Assembly: GCA_049513715.1 (NCBI GenBank)
Contig: JBEKVV010000001.1
Location: 544,001-608,000 of the forward strand
Length of the DNA stretch: 64,000 bases
Direction: 5' to 3'
Source of the DNA: Candidatus Bathyarchaeia archaeon
GTDB taxonomy: Archaea; Thermoproteota; Bathyarchaeia; 40CM-2-53-6
Numbering within the stretch: position 1 is the first letter of the stretch; each line of letters opens with the position of its first letter. The notes under the pieces are model-generated. The model had not been told where the DNA came from and did not search any database. It saw only the letters and a program-made list of their open reading frames with translations. The translations under genes and the position numbers were made by a program. Shown one piece after another: positions 20,623-29,663 of this stretch.

Positions 20623-21829
20623 AGCTTTTCTTCTTCGCTGGTATAGGCGTCTTGTATTTTTCCTTAATCTCGTCGATTTTCTTCTTCACGTCGTCCCTGA
20701 GCTTCTCACCCATGAAAGTGCCACCAAAGGCGTCCACTCTTGCGGCGATGCTGAGTTTTCCTGATAGTGTTCTGGCGATTTTTCCTCGTTGCCAACGGGG
20801 TGATTGGTGGATTGCGGTGTATTGGAAAATCACTCCGTGTTTGGGTGGTCTTGCTCCGGTCTTCAAGGATCTGAAGAGGGCTTTCTCTGCCCCGAGAACT
20901 TGTAGAGTGCTGGCAGGCATTTTTGCAAGGTTGTTAAGGCTGCCTGCAATTGAAATCAACCTCGCAGAGAGAGCGGACCCAACAATTGCTGCCATGTTGG
21001 GAGCCACTTCCTTCAACACTTCTTCAACGTAAGATTCACTCTTCCCTCTGAACTTGTTGAGGTCAAGCATGAGGCCGCAGAAAGATTGCAGCACTGCCAA
21101 ATCCGGTTCGGCAATTTCCGCCCCCATTGATCTTCTTGCAGCCGCGGCGATTTCCTCAGCTTTCTCTTTGGGAATGTCCTGTGCGACTAGGTTGTCGTGG
21201 GTGAACTTGTTGCGGTTTCCCAAAGTCGCGACAAGGCGGGCGTAGGTGTCGTGTTTTTCGACGAGTCTGTCCATTTCAGGGAAATGGAGCCCATACCATT
21301 CCCGCACTCGTCCCGCAAGCAAGTTCAAGGTTTTGTCCAAATCGTCCATTGCACGTACGGCTTGGACTGCGCTAAGGTCTCGGTTTGCGGCTGCAAGGGC
21401 TATTCCCGCGCGTGCGATTTGCAGAGTGACTTGCCTGACGAATTCATTGTATGACGCCGGCGTTTCGAAGATTTGTGACTCCAAGGACTGCTTCTTCAGC
21501 CAACTATCTCTGCCCTTCCAGTCTGAACCCAAGCGCTTTCGAAATTCGTCAACGGGTTTTTCACTTTTGACGGAAACGGTTAGTTTCCCTTGATTCTCAG
21601 CTGCCTTTGCTGTTGCCTCGACCTCGAAAATGAGGGGGGAGTACTTAGCCTGAGCGCGCTTCAAAGCGTCCAATACGGTTGCTGTGAGCTGGCCGTCTTG
21701 GATCTGCTTCAAACTAACGGCGGCCTCCCGTGGCTCACTTGAGAAAAGAGCTTTCTCAATTACGTCTGCGTTTTCATCGATTATGAAGAGGCCAGCAGCT
21801 GTCTCGATAACGTAGGCTTTCAAATTCAA
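20606..21829 (-). CDS. nop5: Nop5 (Nop56/58) box C/D RNP protein
   Basis: REWYGLHFPE, PASTLQVLGAEKALF, PKHGVIF. Confidence 0.95.
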   Translation of the reverse strand: MNLKAYVIETAAGLFIIDENADVIEKALFSSEPREAAVSLKQIQDGQLTATVLDALKRAQAKYSPLIFEVEATAKAAENQGKLTVSVKSEKPVDEFRKRLGSDWKGRDSWLKKQSLESQIFETPASYNEFVRQVTLQIARAGIALAAANRDLSAVQAVRAMDDLDKTLNLLAGRVREWYGLHFPEMDRLVEKHDTYARLVATLGNRNKFTHDNLVAQDIPKEKAEEIAAAARRSMGAEIAEPDLAVLQSFCGLMLDLNKFRGKSESYVEEVLKEVAPNMAAIVGSALSARLISIAGSLNNLAKMPASTLQVLGAEKALFRSLKTGARPPKHGVIFQYTAIHQSPRWQRGKIARTLSGKLSIAARVDAFGGTFMGEKLRDDVKKKIDEIKEKYKTPIPAKKKSFGRKR

Positions 21830-21910
21830 TTCTCTCCGATTTCGGTCATCGACCGTTAAAACGGCCTCAACGAACCGTAGATGCCCGCGACTTGAATAAA
21901 CCTTTGTTAA

Positions 21911-23581
21911 CTAGGGCATAAAGCGAGCGTCGGAATAATAGGCAACTCGCCCTCCTACCACAGTCATCAGAACTCTCATATCAGGAATTCTTGATGGCAG
22001 GACCTTTCGCGGGTCTTCGTCAAGGATAACTAGATCCGCGTACTTGCCAGGAGAAATTGTGCCTTTAACGTTCTCTTCGAAAGATGCGTATGCCGCATCA
22101 CGAGAATAAAACGCAATAGCCATCTCAACACTTACGGCCTCACTTGATCCAGGTCTATCTACTGCTGCCGCAGTCCCTGCAAGAGGTGGTAGCAGGTCGA
22201 ATGGACAGTCAGAACCCGCGACGGTTCTGATTCCAGCTCGGAGCAGGCTTGAAAACGGATATGCGAATAGAGCACGCGCTGTTCCAAGCCTTTGTTCGGT
22301 CCAGAAATCCGATACGATAAAGTGTGGTTGTATCGACGCGATGATACCTGAAGCAGCGAACCTCTTGATTAGCTCGGGGTTGAGTACGGAGGCATGCTCG
22401 ATTCTGTGTCTGAGTTCTTTTTTGGGGATCTGCGATTGTGCCTTCTCAAATGCTGACAGCGCCATCCCAACGGCTCTGTCGCCTATCGCGTGTGCTGCAA
22501 TTTGGAAATCGGAGCTGTGTGCTTCGTGGACGAGTTTGTCGAGTTCTTCCTGATTGTAGATTGTTACGCCTCGGTTTCTTGTATCGTCAGCGTATGGTTC
22601 ATGGAGCGCTGCAGTCCGCGCACCTAGGGAGCCATCGGTGAAGATCTTGACGCCTCCGATGCGAACCCATTCATCGCCCAACCCGGACCTGATCCCCGCT
22701 TGTTGCGCGATTTTCATTTGGTCAGCTGGGATGAATACGTAGAACCGAAGTTTCAGCTTTCCTGCCGCTTTCAAGTTGAGTAGGGCTCGAAGCTCTGACT
22801 GTGAGCTTGTTATGCAATGTACACTCGTGATGCCTGCTCGGAGTGCGATTTCACTGGCCGCTAATGTTGCTCGCTCGAAATCCTCACCGGGTAGGTGCGG
22901 AAGAACTAATTCGACCAATTCGACTGCTTTTTCGCGTAGAATGCCTGTTGGTTCGCCTGCTGCGTCGCGGTCAATGATGCCGCCTGCAGGGTCGAGTGTT
23001 TGGGTTGTGACGTCTGCTGCTTTGAGTGCCGCCGAGTTTACGACACAAATATGGCCACAGACCCTCCTAAGAAGAACTGGGTTGTTTGGAGATACGTCGT
23101 CGAGGTCGTGCTTTGTTGGGTACCTCTTTTCGGTGAACTTCTCTTGATCCCAGCCGTCCCCATGAATCCACTTGTCCGAGCCATCCGCTCTTTCTGCCAC
23201 GAGTCGTTTCATCTCAGGGATGCTGTGTACCTCGTGGAGGTTGATGTGGCCCAGCGTAATCCCGTGCCAGATTAGGTGATTGTGGCAGTCAATGAAACCC
23301 GGCAGCACAGTCGCGCCCTGTAGGTCTGTGACGCGCGTGCTTGGTCCGGCCAGGTTTGCTATGGTCTCACTGGTGCCAGTGGCTACTATCTTGTCGTCTA
23401 GGATGGCGATGGCTTCCGCTACGGGATGCGTAGGGTCCATTGTGAGAACATTGCCGTTTAGGAAAACGTGTGAAGGTTGAAAAAACCTTGAGGTAGTCTG
23501 TACGTTACTTCTTTTCTTTCTTATCGTTCTTCGTGGTCTTCCACGGTGCGATGATTTTTTGGATTTTCTCTGGCCACTCAA
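21911..23581 (-). CDS. Amidohydrolase_3 (YtcJ-like) metal-dependent hydrolase; start uncertain
   Basis: PGFIDCHNH, KIFTDGSLG, HAIGD, RIEH, GSD; the TTG at 23581 overlaps the upstream small ORF. Confidence 0.88.
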   Translation of the reverse strand: MSGQRKSKKSSHRGRPRRTIRKKRSNVQTTSRFFQPSHVFLNGNVLTMDPTHPVAEAIAILDDKIVATGTSETIANLAGPSTRVTDLQGATVLPGFIDCHNHLIWHGITLGHINLHEVHSIPEMKRLVAERADGSDKWIHGDGWDQEKFTEKRYPTKHDLDDVSPNNPVLLRRVCGHICVVNSAALKAADVTTQTLDPAGGIIDRDAAGEPTGILREKAVELVELVLPHLPGEDFERATLAASEIALRAGITSVHCITSSQSELRALLNLKAAGKLKLRFYVFIPADQMKIAQQAGIRSGLGDEWVRIGGVKIFTDGSLGARTAALHEPYADDTRNRGVTIYNQEELDKLVHEAHSSDFQIAAHAIGDRAVGMALSAFEKAQSQIPKKELRHRIEHASVLNPELIKRFAASGIIASIQPHFIVSDFWTEQRLGTARALFAYPFSSLLRAGIRTVAGSDCPFDLLPPLAGTAAAVDRPGSSEAVSVEMAIAFYSRDAAYASFEENVKGTISPGKYADLVILDEDPRKVLPSRIPDMRVLMTVVGGRVAYYSDARFMP

Positions 23582-23681
23582 TTTGGCCGCCGCATTTGTC
23601 GCAGTATTTAGCTTGGAGAAAAACCTCTTGTTTGCAGTTCTCGCAAAAGAACCGTTGCTGTTGCTTCAGTTTCTCTGTCAC
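23505..23681 (-). CDS. Small zinc-ribbon protein (58 aa), not in ORF track
   Basis: GTG start; MTEKLKQQQRFFCENCKQEVFLQAKYCDKCGGQIEWP...KK*; two CxxC. Confidence 0.65.
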   Translation of the reverse strand: MTEKLKQQQRFFCENCKQEVFLQAKYCDKCGGQIEWPEKIQKIIAPWKTTKNDKKEKK

Positions 23682-23847
23682 TGTTAAATCTGTAACCCCC
23701 AGTCGCTGTTCTCCATAGGCCGTATGTGTGAATAAGTTGCTTTACGCCGTTTTGGGCTCAAAATAAGTCGAATCCGAGCCTTTGCCTTCACAGCATCAAT
23801 GCAAAGGTAAGCCGATGGAAACGTACCACGTCTGGCGCAGGTTAGCT

Positions 23848-25479
23848 CTATGTTACGGTTACGGCGTTTGATTGATACCCTGTTGCCCCGTCTGGGAACG
23901 GTTGGCGGGATTCGGGGTCTTGTAGTTGTCCGTTTCCGTCAGTTGCCCTCACCATGAGTGTGTAGGTTCCTTTTCCGGGTGGTGTCCATGCGTACGCCCA
24001 AAGAACCCATGAGTATGGGGATCGCGGTTTCTTGAGAGTTGCAGTGTTCCATGTTTTTCCACCGTCACTGCTCACTTCCACTTTGCTGATGCCCCTATCT
24101 CCAGCGAAAGCTACGCCAGCTATTGGCAATGTTGCACTTGCTGGAGTTTGCGATGGGGGGTAGTATATGATGGAGGTTGTGCTGATTCGAGCATCGTTCG
24201 TCCATCCCCTCTCCTGCCAATACCCCATGTACACTGTGTCAGTTAGGTCAATTTCCGTTATCCATTTGGCGTTCATCATGCCATACAATCCCGGAACTAT
24301 CGCGCGAAGAGGAAAGCCATGCTCGTTAGGCAGTTGTGCGTCGTTCATCTTGTAGGCTAGGAGCGCGCCGGGTTCCATTGCACGATCGAGTGGAACTCCT
24401 ACGGTGTACCCATCGGCGCACCGGAATACCGCGTACTTAGCGCCCTGTCCCAGACCGGCATTGGTGAGTACTGTGGCCAATGGGACGCCAGTCCACTTGG
24501 CATTACTAATTAGTGCACTTGGTGGGTTGATGTTGTTGCTCACGCATTCCAATGTTGCGTACTGATCTTTCGTGGGCAACGCCATGAGGCTACTGTTCGT
24601 CAGAGTAAGAGGGTTGTTCACTTTTCCTGCAACCTTGAGCGTCCAGTTATTGAAATCCAACTGCGGCAAAACCGCGTTTATGTCGACCCTGTAGAAGATT
24701 CGGTCGTCAGTCACTTCGGATATCACTAGGTCCCTGATTCTTGAGTCTTGGAATATGGGTGGCAAGTCAGAGAACTCGGGTTCGACGGGCTGGTTGTCTA
24801 TTGGAATTGATGTACCGCTGCCAACAACTGGTTGTCCAGAGAACAGTGAAGCACCTATCTTTGAGGCGACACCAACAAGTACGAGGACTGCGGCTCCGAT
24901 GGCCAGCTTCAGTAAGAATCCTCGGCGCGATGGCGAGGCGGGTGAACGGGGTTGTTCTGCCTTTGCGAGCTCTATACGGGCCGCTTCGATCCTGACTTCG
25001 TACAGGAATATCGAAGCGTATCCGAGATTAAGGACGACCGTCAAGGTGATCGCCATCACCCAACCAAATAGAGTGGAAAGCAGATAGACGGTGGACGCCC
25101 TTGCAGCCATTAACGCAAGGCCTATGATAGTTGGGATGCCTGCCATGACCGGCAATGCTTGGGTACGTCTGGTTTGCAGCTGTCCCTTGGAGATGACTCC
25201 TGCGGCCGCGCCGATTACGCCGTAGAGAAGGCAATACAGACCAGCGGCAAAGATGAATGTGCTGTATTTTGCGTATTCGCGCAGGGTGTCAACAGCAACA
25301 GATTGTACCGAGCCGGGGACGAGTGAGACCATAAATGCGAAGATTGCTTCGGGTGGGAAAGGCAATCCAAGAAAATCGCTCGTGATATAGGTTCCGATTG
25401 TAGCCAGTGCTCCCGCAACGGATCCAAACAGAAACAACTTGCGGTAGCTGAATGGAAGGGTCGGGTTGATGTTAGGCAA
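23848..25479 (-). CDS. Membrane-anchored molybdopterin-dependent oxidoreductase (sulfite oxidase family)
   Basis: TLECVSN, NAKWTGVPL, HGFPLR, PGLYGMMNAKW, VRATD; N-terminal TM segments and internal SRRGFL. Confidence 0.88.
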   Translation of the reverse strand: MPNINPTLPFSYRKLFLFGSVAGALATIGTYITSDFLGLPFPPEAIFAFMVSLVPGSVQSVAVDTLREYAKYSTFIFAAGLYCLLYGVIGAAAGVISKGQLQTRRTQALPVMAGIPTIIGLALMAARASTVYLLSTLFGWVMAITLTVVLNLGYASIFLYEVRIEAARIELAKAEQPRSPASPSRRGFLLKLAIGAAVLVLVGVASKIGASLFSGQPVVGSGTSIPIDNQPVEPEFSDLPPIFQDSRIRDLVISEVTDDRIFYRVDINAVLPQLDFNNWTLKVAGKVNNPLTLTNSSLMALPTKDQYATLECVSNNINPPSALISNAKWTGVPLATVLTNAGLGQGAKYAVFRCADGYTVGVPLDRAMEPGALLAYKMNDAQLPNEHGFPLRAIVPGLYGMMNAKWITEIDLTDTVYMGYWQERGWTNDARISTTSIIYYPPSQTPASATLPIAGVAFAGDRGISKVEVSSDGGKTWNTATLKKPRSPYSWVLWAYAWTPPGKGTYTLMVRATDGNGQLQDPESRQPFPDGATGYQSNAVTVT

Positions 25480-25613
25480 CGCTCGGTCACAGGTATGAGG
25501 CGTCTGGCGGTGAAATTAACGGTTTTACCAGATTATACCCAATTGTCGCCATAGTGATTTAAGAGCAGAACCCCTGAGGGTTCAATCCGATTCCGCAACG
25601 GGTTGGTTTAGGT

Positions 25614-25919
25614 TTGTCGAGTGTGGTTCGGCGCATTCTGTGGTGGGTGTTCACTGGGAACCGCGGGGGGCCGAACCGCGCCCGCTTGGTTGTGGCTTTG
25701 AAGGCGCAGCCGATGAATGCAAACCAACTCGCACAGAAGCTCAGTATGGATTACAAGACCGTTCGCCATCACTTGCAAGTTCTCTTGAAGAACCATTTAG
25801 TGGTTGAAGCAGGGGAGGGTTACGGTGCGATGTACTTCGTCTCACCGGAGCTTGAGCAAAACTATGACGAGTTCACCAAGATCTGGGACAGAATCTCCTC
25901 AGTCAGCCCGAGGGTATGA
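25614..25919 (+). CDS. ArsR-type winged-helix regulator
   Basis: RGGPNRARL, PMNANQLA, DYKTVRHHL. Confidence 0.85.
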   Translation: MSSVVRRILWWVFTGNRGGPNRARLVVALKAQPMNANQLAQKLSMDYKTVRHHLQVLLKNHLVVEAGEGYGAMYFVSPELEQNYDEFTKIWDRISSVSPRV

Positions 25920-26729
25920 GCCAAGTATCTTCAGAAATGTCGTGGAGTCCCCGATTGCCTCGAGCGCTTCAGCACAAACCTTGTCTGTACGATGGCCGTG
26001 GAAGTCAATGAAGAAATGGTACTCCCAAGGAGTCGTCCTCGTGGGCCGCGATTCGATTTTTGTCAGATTGATCTGCCTATCAGCAATCTCACTGAGGGCC
26101 CTGTGAAGCGAGCCTGGGACATGTTTCGTTCCGAACACAATTGATGTCTTGTCGTTTCCGGTCCGCGGCATATCCTCTTTTCCAATCATGAAGAATCTTG
26201 TGAAATTGCCGGAAAGGTCCTCGATGTTTCGTTGCAGGATAACCAAGCCGTAAAGCTCTGCGGCTCTCTCGCTGGCGACAGCAGCTGCGCCCTTCAGCTT
26301 CTTTTCCGCAATCATGCGAGCACTGCCTGCTGTGTCGTAAGCTGGGATGGCCTCAATTCGTAGAGTGTCGAGGAAGTTCGCGCATTGAGCTAGGGCTTGC
26401 GGGTGTGAGTACACGGTTTTCAGGTCGGAGATGGCCGTCCCAGGTTGGGCAACCAGACAGTGGGCGACTCTGATCTTTGCCTCACCTCTAATTTTGAGGG
26501 GTGATTCTAGGAGCATGTCGTAGGTTTGATTCACGCTTCCCTCAAGCGAGTTCTCTGCAGGGACTATGCCGAAGTTCGATTGCCCGTCCTCAACCGATTT
26601 GAAGACTGCACGTATTGTTCGTGTGGGCATTGTGTTTGCATTTTGAAAATGTGCCATAGCTGCCTGTTCACTGTAGGCGCCGTGCTCTCCTTGAAATGCA
26701 ACCGTTAACGGATGATTTGATCTTGACAA
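25899..26729 (-). CDS. pheA: Prephenate dehydratase
   Basis: GEHGAYSE, PAENSLEG, SHPQALAQC, NFTRF, LTKIESRP, LGSY. Confidence 0.93.
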   Translation of the reverse strand: MSRSNHPLTVAFQGEHGAYSEQAAMAHFQNANTMPTRTIRAVFKSVEDGQSNFGIVPAENSLEGSVNQTYDMLLESPLKIRGEAKIRVAHCLVAQPGTAISDLKTVYSHPQALAQCANFLDTLRIEAIPAYDTAGSARMIAEKKLKGAAAVASERAAELYGLVILQRNIEDLSGNFTRFFMIGKEDMPRTGNDKTSIVFGTKHVPGSLHRALSEIADRQINLTKIESRPTRTTPWEYHFFIDFHGHRTDKVCAEALEAIGDSTTFLKILGSYPRAD

Positions 26730-26849
26730 CTTGATATACCCACGTCTTGATGAGGCTTGGTTTGGATTACGCTTGCTCTAAACTGATTTGGTATTGATTT
26801 GGGTGAAAGTAGATAATGAGTCCTATGCCATAGTCGAATATGATGCGAT

Positions 26850-27137
26850 TTGGCTGGGATTATGCTGCAGGCCGCAGCCCTCTTTTCGTTTCTCAATGTT
26901 CTGTTACTGCTGGGGCTGCTTGCGATTTATGTTGGCAGTTACAGGAGGGTGCGGGCTGAATTCACAGCCGGCCTGATCTTCTTTTCCGCAATCTTCTTGG
27001 TGCAAAACCTATTGGCTGTGTATTCTTACGTGGCGATGTTCATGTACTTCGCCTCGGGTGTGGGTGGGTTAGTTTTGGCGGTCGCTGTAGCGGAGACGGC
27101 TGGTTTGGCTGTGCTCTTGTGGATGAGTGTTCGCTGA
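26850..27137 (+). CDS. Small membrane protein (3 TM)
   Basis: Three hydrophobic segments. Confidence 0.7.
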   Translation: MAGIMLQAAALFSFLNVLLLLGLLAIYVGSYRRVRAEFTAGLIFFSAIFLVQNLLAVYSYVAMFMYFASGVGGLVLAVAVAETAGLAVLLWMSVR

Positions 27138-27173
27138 ACAAAAACGGGTGATGGCGCCGAAACCGGGGTTTGA

Positions 27174-27464
27174 TTGTTGCAGAAAAAAAAGAAGTCCGTG
27201 ATTCGTGATTACAGGTCAGGCACCTTCGACAAGCGAGTTGCCTATGGTCAGAGGGAGCGAAAGTTGGCCCTTGTCGCGCGTGGAGTCATGCCGGGTTTCA
27301 GGGTTCTTTGCAAGACAGAGAACTCGGCTAGGAACCTAGCGTATTCACTTAGGATTAGGGCGGCGCGGGTTGAGTCGGCTGATTATGCTCGGTTCGGTTT
27401 GAAAGTCAAGGTTGAAGGTAGAAAGGTGTACGTTCGCGGGACCAGAAAACCGGCGCTCAACTAA
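27174..27464 (+). CDS. Hypothetical basic protein
   Basis: 96-aa ORF with no recognisable motif. Confidence 0.45.
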   Translation: MLQKKKKSVIRDYRSGTFDKRVAYGQRERKLALVARGVMPGFRVLCKTENSARNLAYSLRIRAARVESADYARFGLKVKVEGRKVYVRGTRKPALN

Positions 27465-27493
27465 TCAATTTCCATAACGTATGTCATCATTGT

Positions 27494-27775
27494 TTGCGTT
27501 CTCAGGACACACGACTGTTAACGGTGCAAATCGGAACCTATAAACAACCAACCGAAACAATAATGCTGTTAGGTATGGCTTTGCCCGATTCTCTTTGGTT
27601 AAGCGAGCACGAACGCCAAGAAGCCGCATGCCCGTACTCGGAGAAAGTTTGTTTGGAATGTGAGTTTGCAGAACGCCTCCTATTGACCGGTGTTCCGGTG
27701 GACTGCAAACGGGGTCACATTGAGAAGGTCAAATCGCTCTGGCATTACATGTTCAAAGGCTACAGACGCTCGTAA
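27494..27775 (+). CDS. Hypothetical Cys-containing protein (start possibly ATG 27574)
   Basis: ACP...CLEC...DC. Confidence 0.4.
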   Translation: MRSQDTRLLTVQIGTYKQPTETIMLLGMALPDSLWLSEHERQEAACPYSEKVCLECEFAERLLLTGVPVDCKRGHIEKVKSLWHYMFKGYRRS

Positions 27776-28189
27776 GCGACTAGGAATTCCAAGTCTCAGG
27801 TGCCTAGCGGAAGCTATTCGGGAGATTGTTAACCCGGAAGGAAATAGCTCATAAAGTGAACCCCGTACTATGAGGCGATGTACTAATCGAGGAGATAGCG
27901 CTGCCGCGAAAGAAACAACCCAAGAAACGAAAGACCGCATCCACGCGCCCAAGGCCACGGGCCAGAAAAGCCCAGAAACAAGCCACAGTCTCGAATAGGG
28001 CCTTGATCGCCATTATCATGTTGCTTTTCATGCTGCACCTTTTGGATGAGCGAACCTTCAAGACCTACACAAGGAGTTTGACTCCAAAGAAGCGAAGAAG
28101 AACCGCGAGAAAACGAAGCCGACCGAGGAAGAGAGCTAGGAAACCCTCTCGCAAACGCAGATAGGCCACTGCACGATGCTAACAAAGCA

Positions 28190-28242
28190 TTGAACCGTCG
28201 TTTTGGTGTGTGTGCGCACCACTAGACCGCCCACACACACGG
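28190..28242. repeat. Dispersed repeat copy B
   Basis: ttgaaccgtcgttttggtgtgtgtgcgcaccactagaccgcccacacacacgg resembles 893-953 and 29306-29328. Confidence 0.65.
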
Positions 28243-28292
28243 ACGATTGAACGTGCACGTTAATAGAACCCGGTCGATATTCTCAGCTTAGG

Positions 28293-28730
28293 ATGAGTTG
28301 CTTGAAGAAACCTACGAAAGAGGACGCTAGAATTATGCTGCAACTTGAGGAATTGCTTTTGATGGAACCTAACCAGATAGCAATGCATTGGTTTTGGCGG
28401 ATGTTTAACCCACAAAAACTCGCGAGCCGAGAAGAAATTCGAAAAGCATATCCAGCCAACTCTGAAGGACAACGATACTTCGACCGAATTTCAGCATTCT
28501 GGGAGTCCGCAGGCACCCTCGTCAAGAACGACCTATTGAATGAGCGATTGTTCTTCGACCGCTTCCTCGTGAAACCCTATTGGGATGCTCTGAAGCAGGT
28601 GATTTTCTCGGATCGGGAGGAGACTAACGAGCCACGGGTAGGCGAGAACTTTGAGTGGCTAGCGATGCGAGAAGAAACATGGCGAAACGCAGGTCTTAGG
28701 AGAAGTAAGACAAAAACCACTGGCAAGTAG
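28293..28730 (+). CDS. DUF4760-like hypothetical protein
   Basis: FWESAGTLVKNDLL and ENFEWLA patterns (recognised from memory, not searched). Confidence 0.6.
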   Translation: MSCLKKPTKEDARIMLQLEELLLMEPNQIAMHWFWRMFNPQKLASREEIRKAYPANSEGQRYFDRISAFWESAGTLVKNDLLNERLFFDRFLVKPYWDALKQVIFSDREETNEPRVGENFEWLAMREETWRNAGLRRSKTKTTGK

Positions 28731-28761
28731 TCGCTAAGATACAACCGTTCAATAACGTCTT

Positions 28762-29094
28762 CTATGGTTCCTCGTTTCGTATTCGTTCCATTAGCTGAAG
28801 CGTCAGATTAGAAACGATTCCAGCTAGTTCTTCTTCATTTCCGTCCAAGTACATGCCCTTAGCATCCAGGGCTGCGTGCAGAGTCGAAATGAAATCCGTA
28901 GTGCTGGCGAATCTTAGGTAACCAACATCCGACCTATCTGTCAGGAGAACGGATTCATTGTCATCGGCGAGGTCGGATAGTTTCACATAGTAGGCGCGTA
29001 TGTTACGAGAGTATCCTACTGCGATTCTGATATTCTCATATTGCCCGATTTCTTGGTGCACGTTGTTTTCTTCGGTCACTTTTCTTAGACTCAA
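28762..29094 (-). CDS. Hypothetical protein
   Basis: 110-aa ORF filling the gap, convergent with 28293-28730. Confidence 0.55.
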   Translation of the reverse strand: MSLRKVTEENNVHQEIGQYENIRIAVGYSRNIRAYYVKLSDLADDNESVLLTDRSDVGYLRFASTTDFISTLHAALDAKGMYLDGNEEELAGIVSNLTLQLMERIRNEEP

Positions 29095-29271
29095 ACTTGG
29101 ATTCGAAGAATCAATTACAACGAGCGATATTTCAGCGTTCGTTCACTTTTCTTGACACGACCCTGACCTCCTTCTCAATTCATGACGGACGAGCGACGTG
29201 TTAGCTGGGCTGTCTAACTCAAACAGGAGGCGTCTTCCAATGGTGCAGGCACCAGAATTTGAACTCTGATT

Positions 29272-29333
29272 ATGTGTGTGGGTCTGGTGGTGCGAGCTTC
29301 GTAATTTGAACAGTCGTTTTTGTGTGGGTTGGG
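29272..29333 (-). repeat. Dispersed repeat copy C: degenerate duplicate of the tRNA 3' end immediately downstream of tRNA-Gly
   Basis: Minus strand GTTCAAATTACGAAGCTCGCACCA-CCAGACCCACACA versus tRNA end GCACCA-CCCAACCCACACA. Confidence 0.65.
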
Positions 29334-29481
29334 TGGTGCGGCCGCCGGGATTCGGACCCGGGTTTCCTCGCTGCGTTCGTGCAGCTTTGAGGCTTGGGAA
29401 GCCCCCGTCATAGACCAGGTTGCCCTTCCACCGCTTTCTCGGTGGGAACTGGACCACGGCCCAGCGGAGTATCCCTCTCGC
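29334..29481 (-). tRNA. tRNA-Gly(CCC) with three BHB introns (3/4: 29478-29461; 15/16: 29448-29420; 45/46: 29386-29364); CCA encoded
   Basis: Spliced 78-nt product GCGGCCG TG GTCCAGCCTGGTCTATGAC G GGGGC TTCCCAA GCCTC AAAC CCGGG TCCGAAT CCCGG CGGCCGC A CCA forms a cloverleaf. Each intron has a 4-bp helix flanked by 3-nt bulges. Confidence 0.9.
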
Positions 29482-29663
29482 GCTCACAAGGCCAGCCACG
29501 ACGACCGCAGCTGTGGAAAAAGTGGGGCTGGGAATAAAAGGCTCGCGACATCGACGAGCCGAAGGCTGAGTTTTCAAAGTCAATGGTTGTATCCGCAGTT
29601 GTTTGCGTTCGAGGTTGTTTAATATGCCGACCTTTCGGGATATGGCAATTTCAGTGTTAAGGT

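Noticed and set aside
21480..21545. Possible in-frame BHB intron in nop5 (apparent short insertion)
   Set aside because: A TCAG/CTGA helix is present but there is no inner stem, the frame is intact, and the region is variable.
29496..29508. Alternative tRNA 5' end GCGGTCGTCGT with one 45-nt intron
   Set aside because: No BHB can be drawn at the required junctions. The 3/4 intron model has a good BHB and a perfect acceptor stem, so this segment is probably leader.
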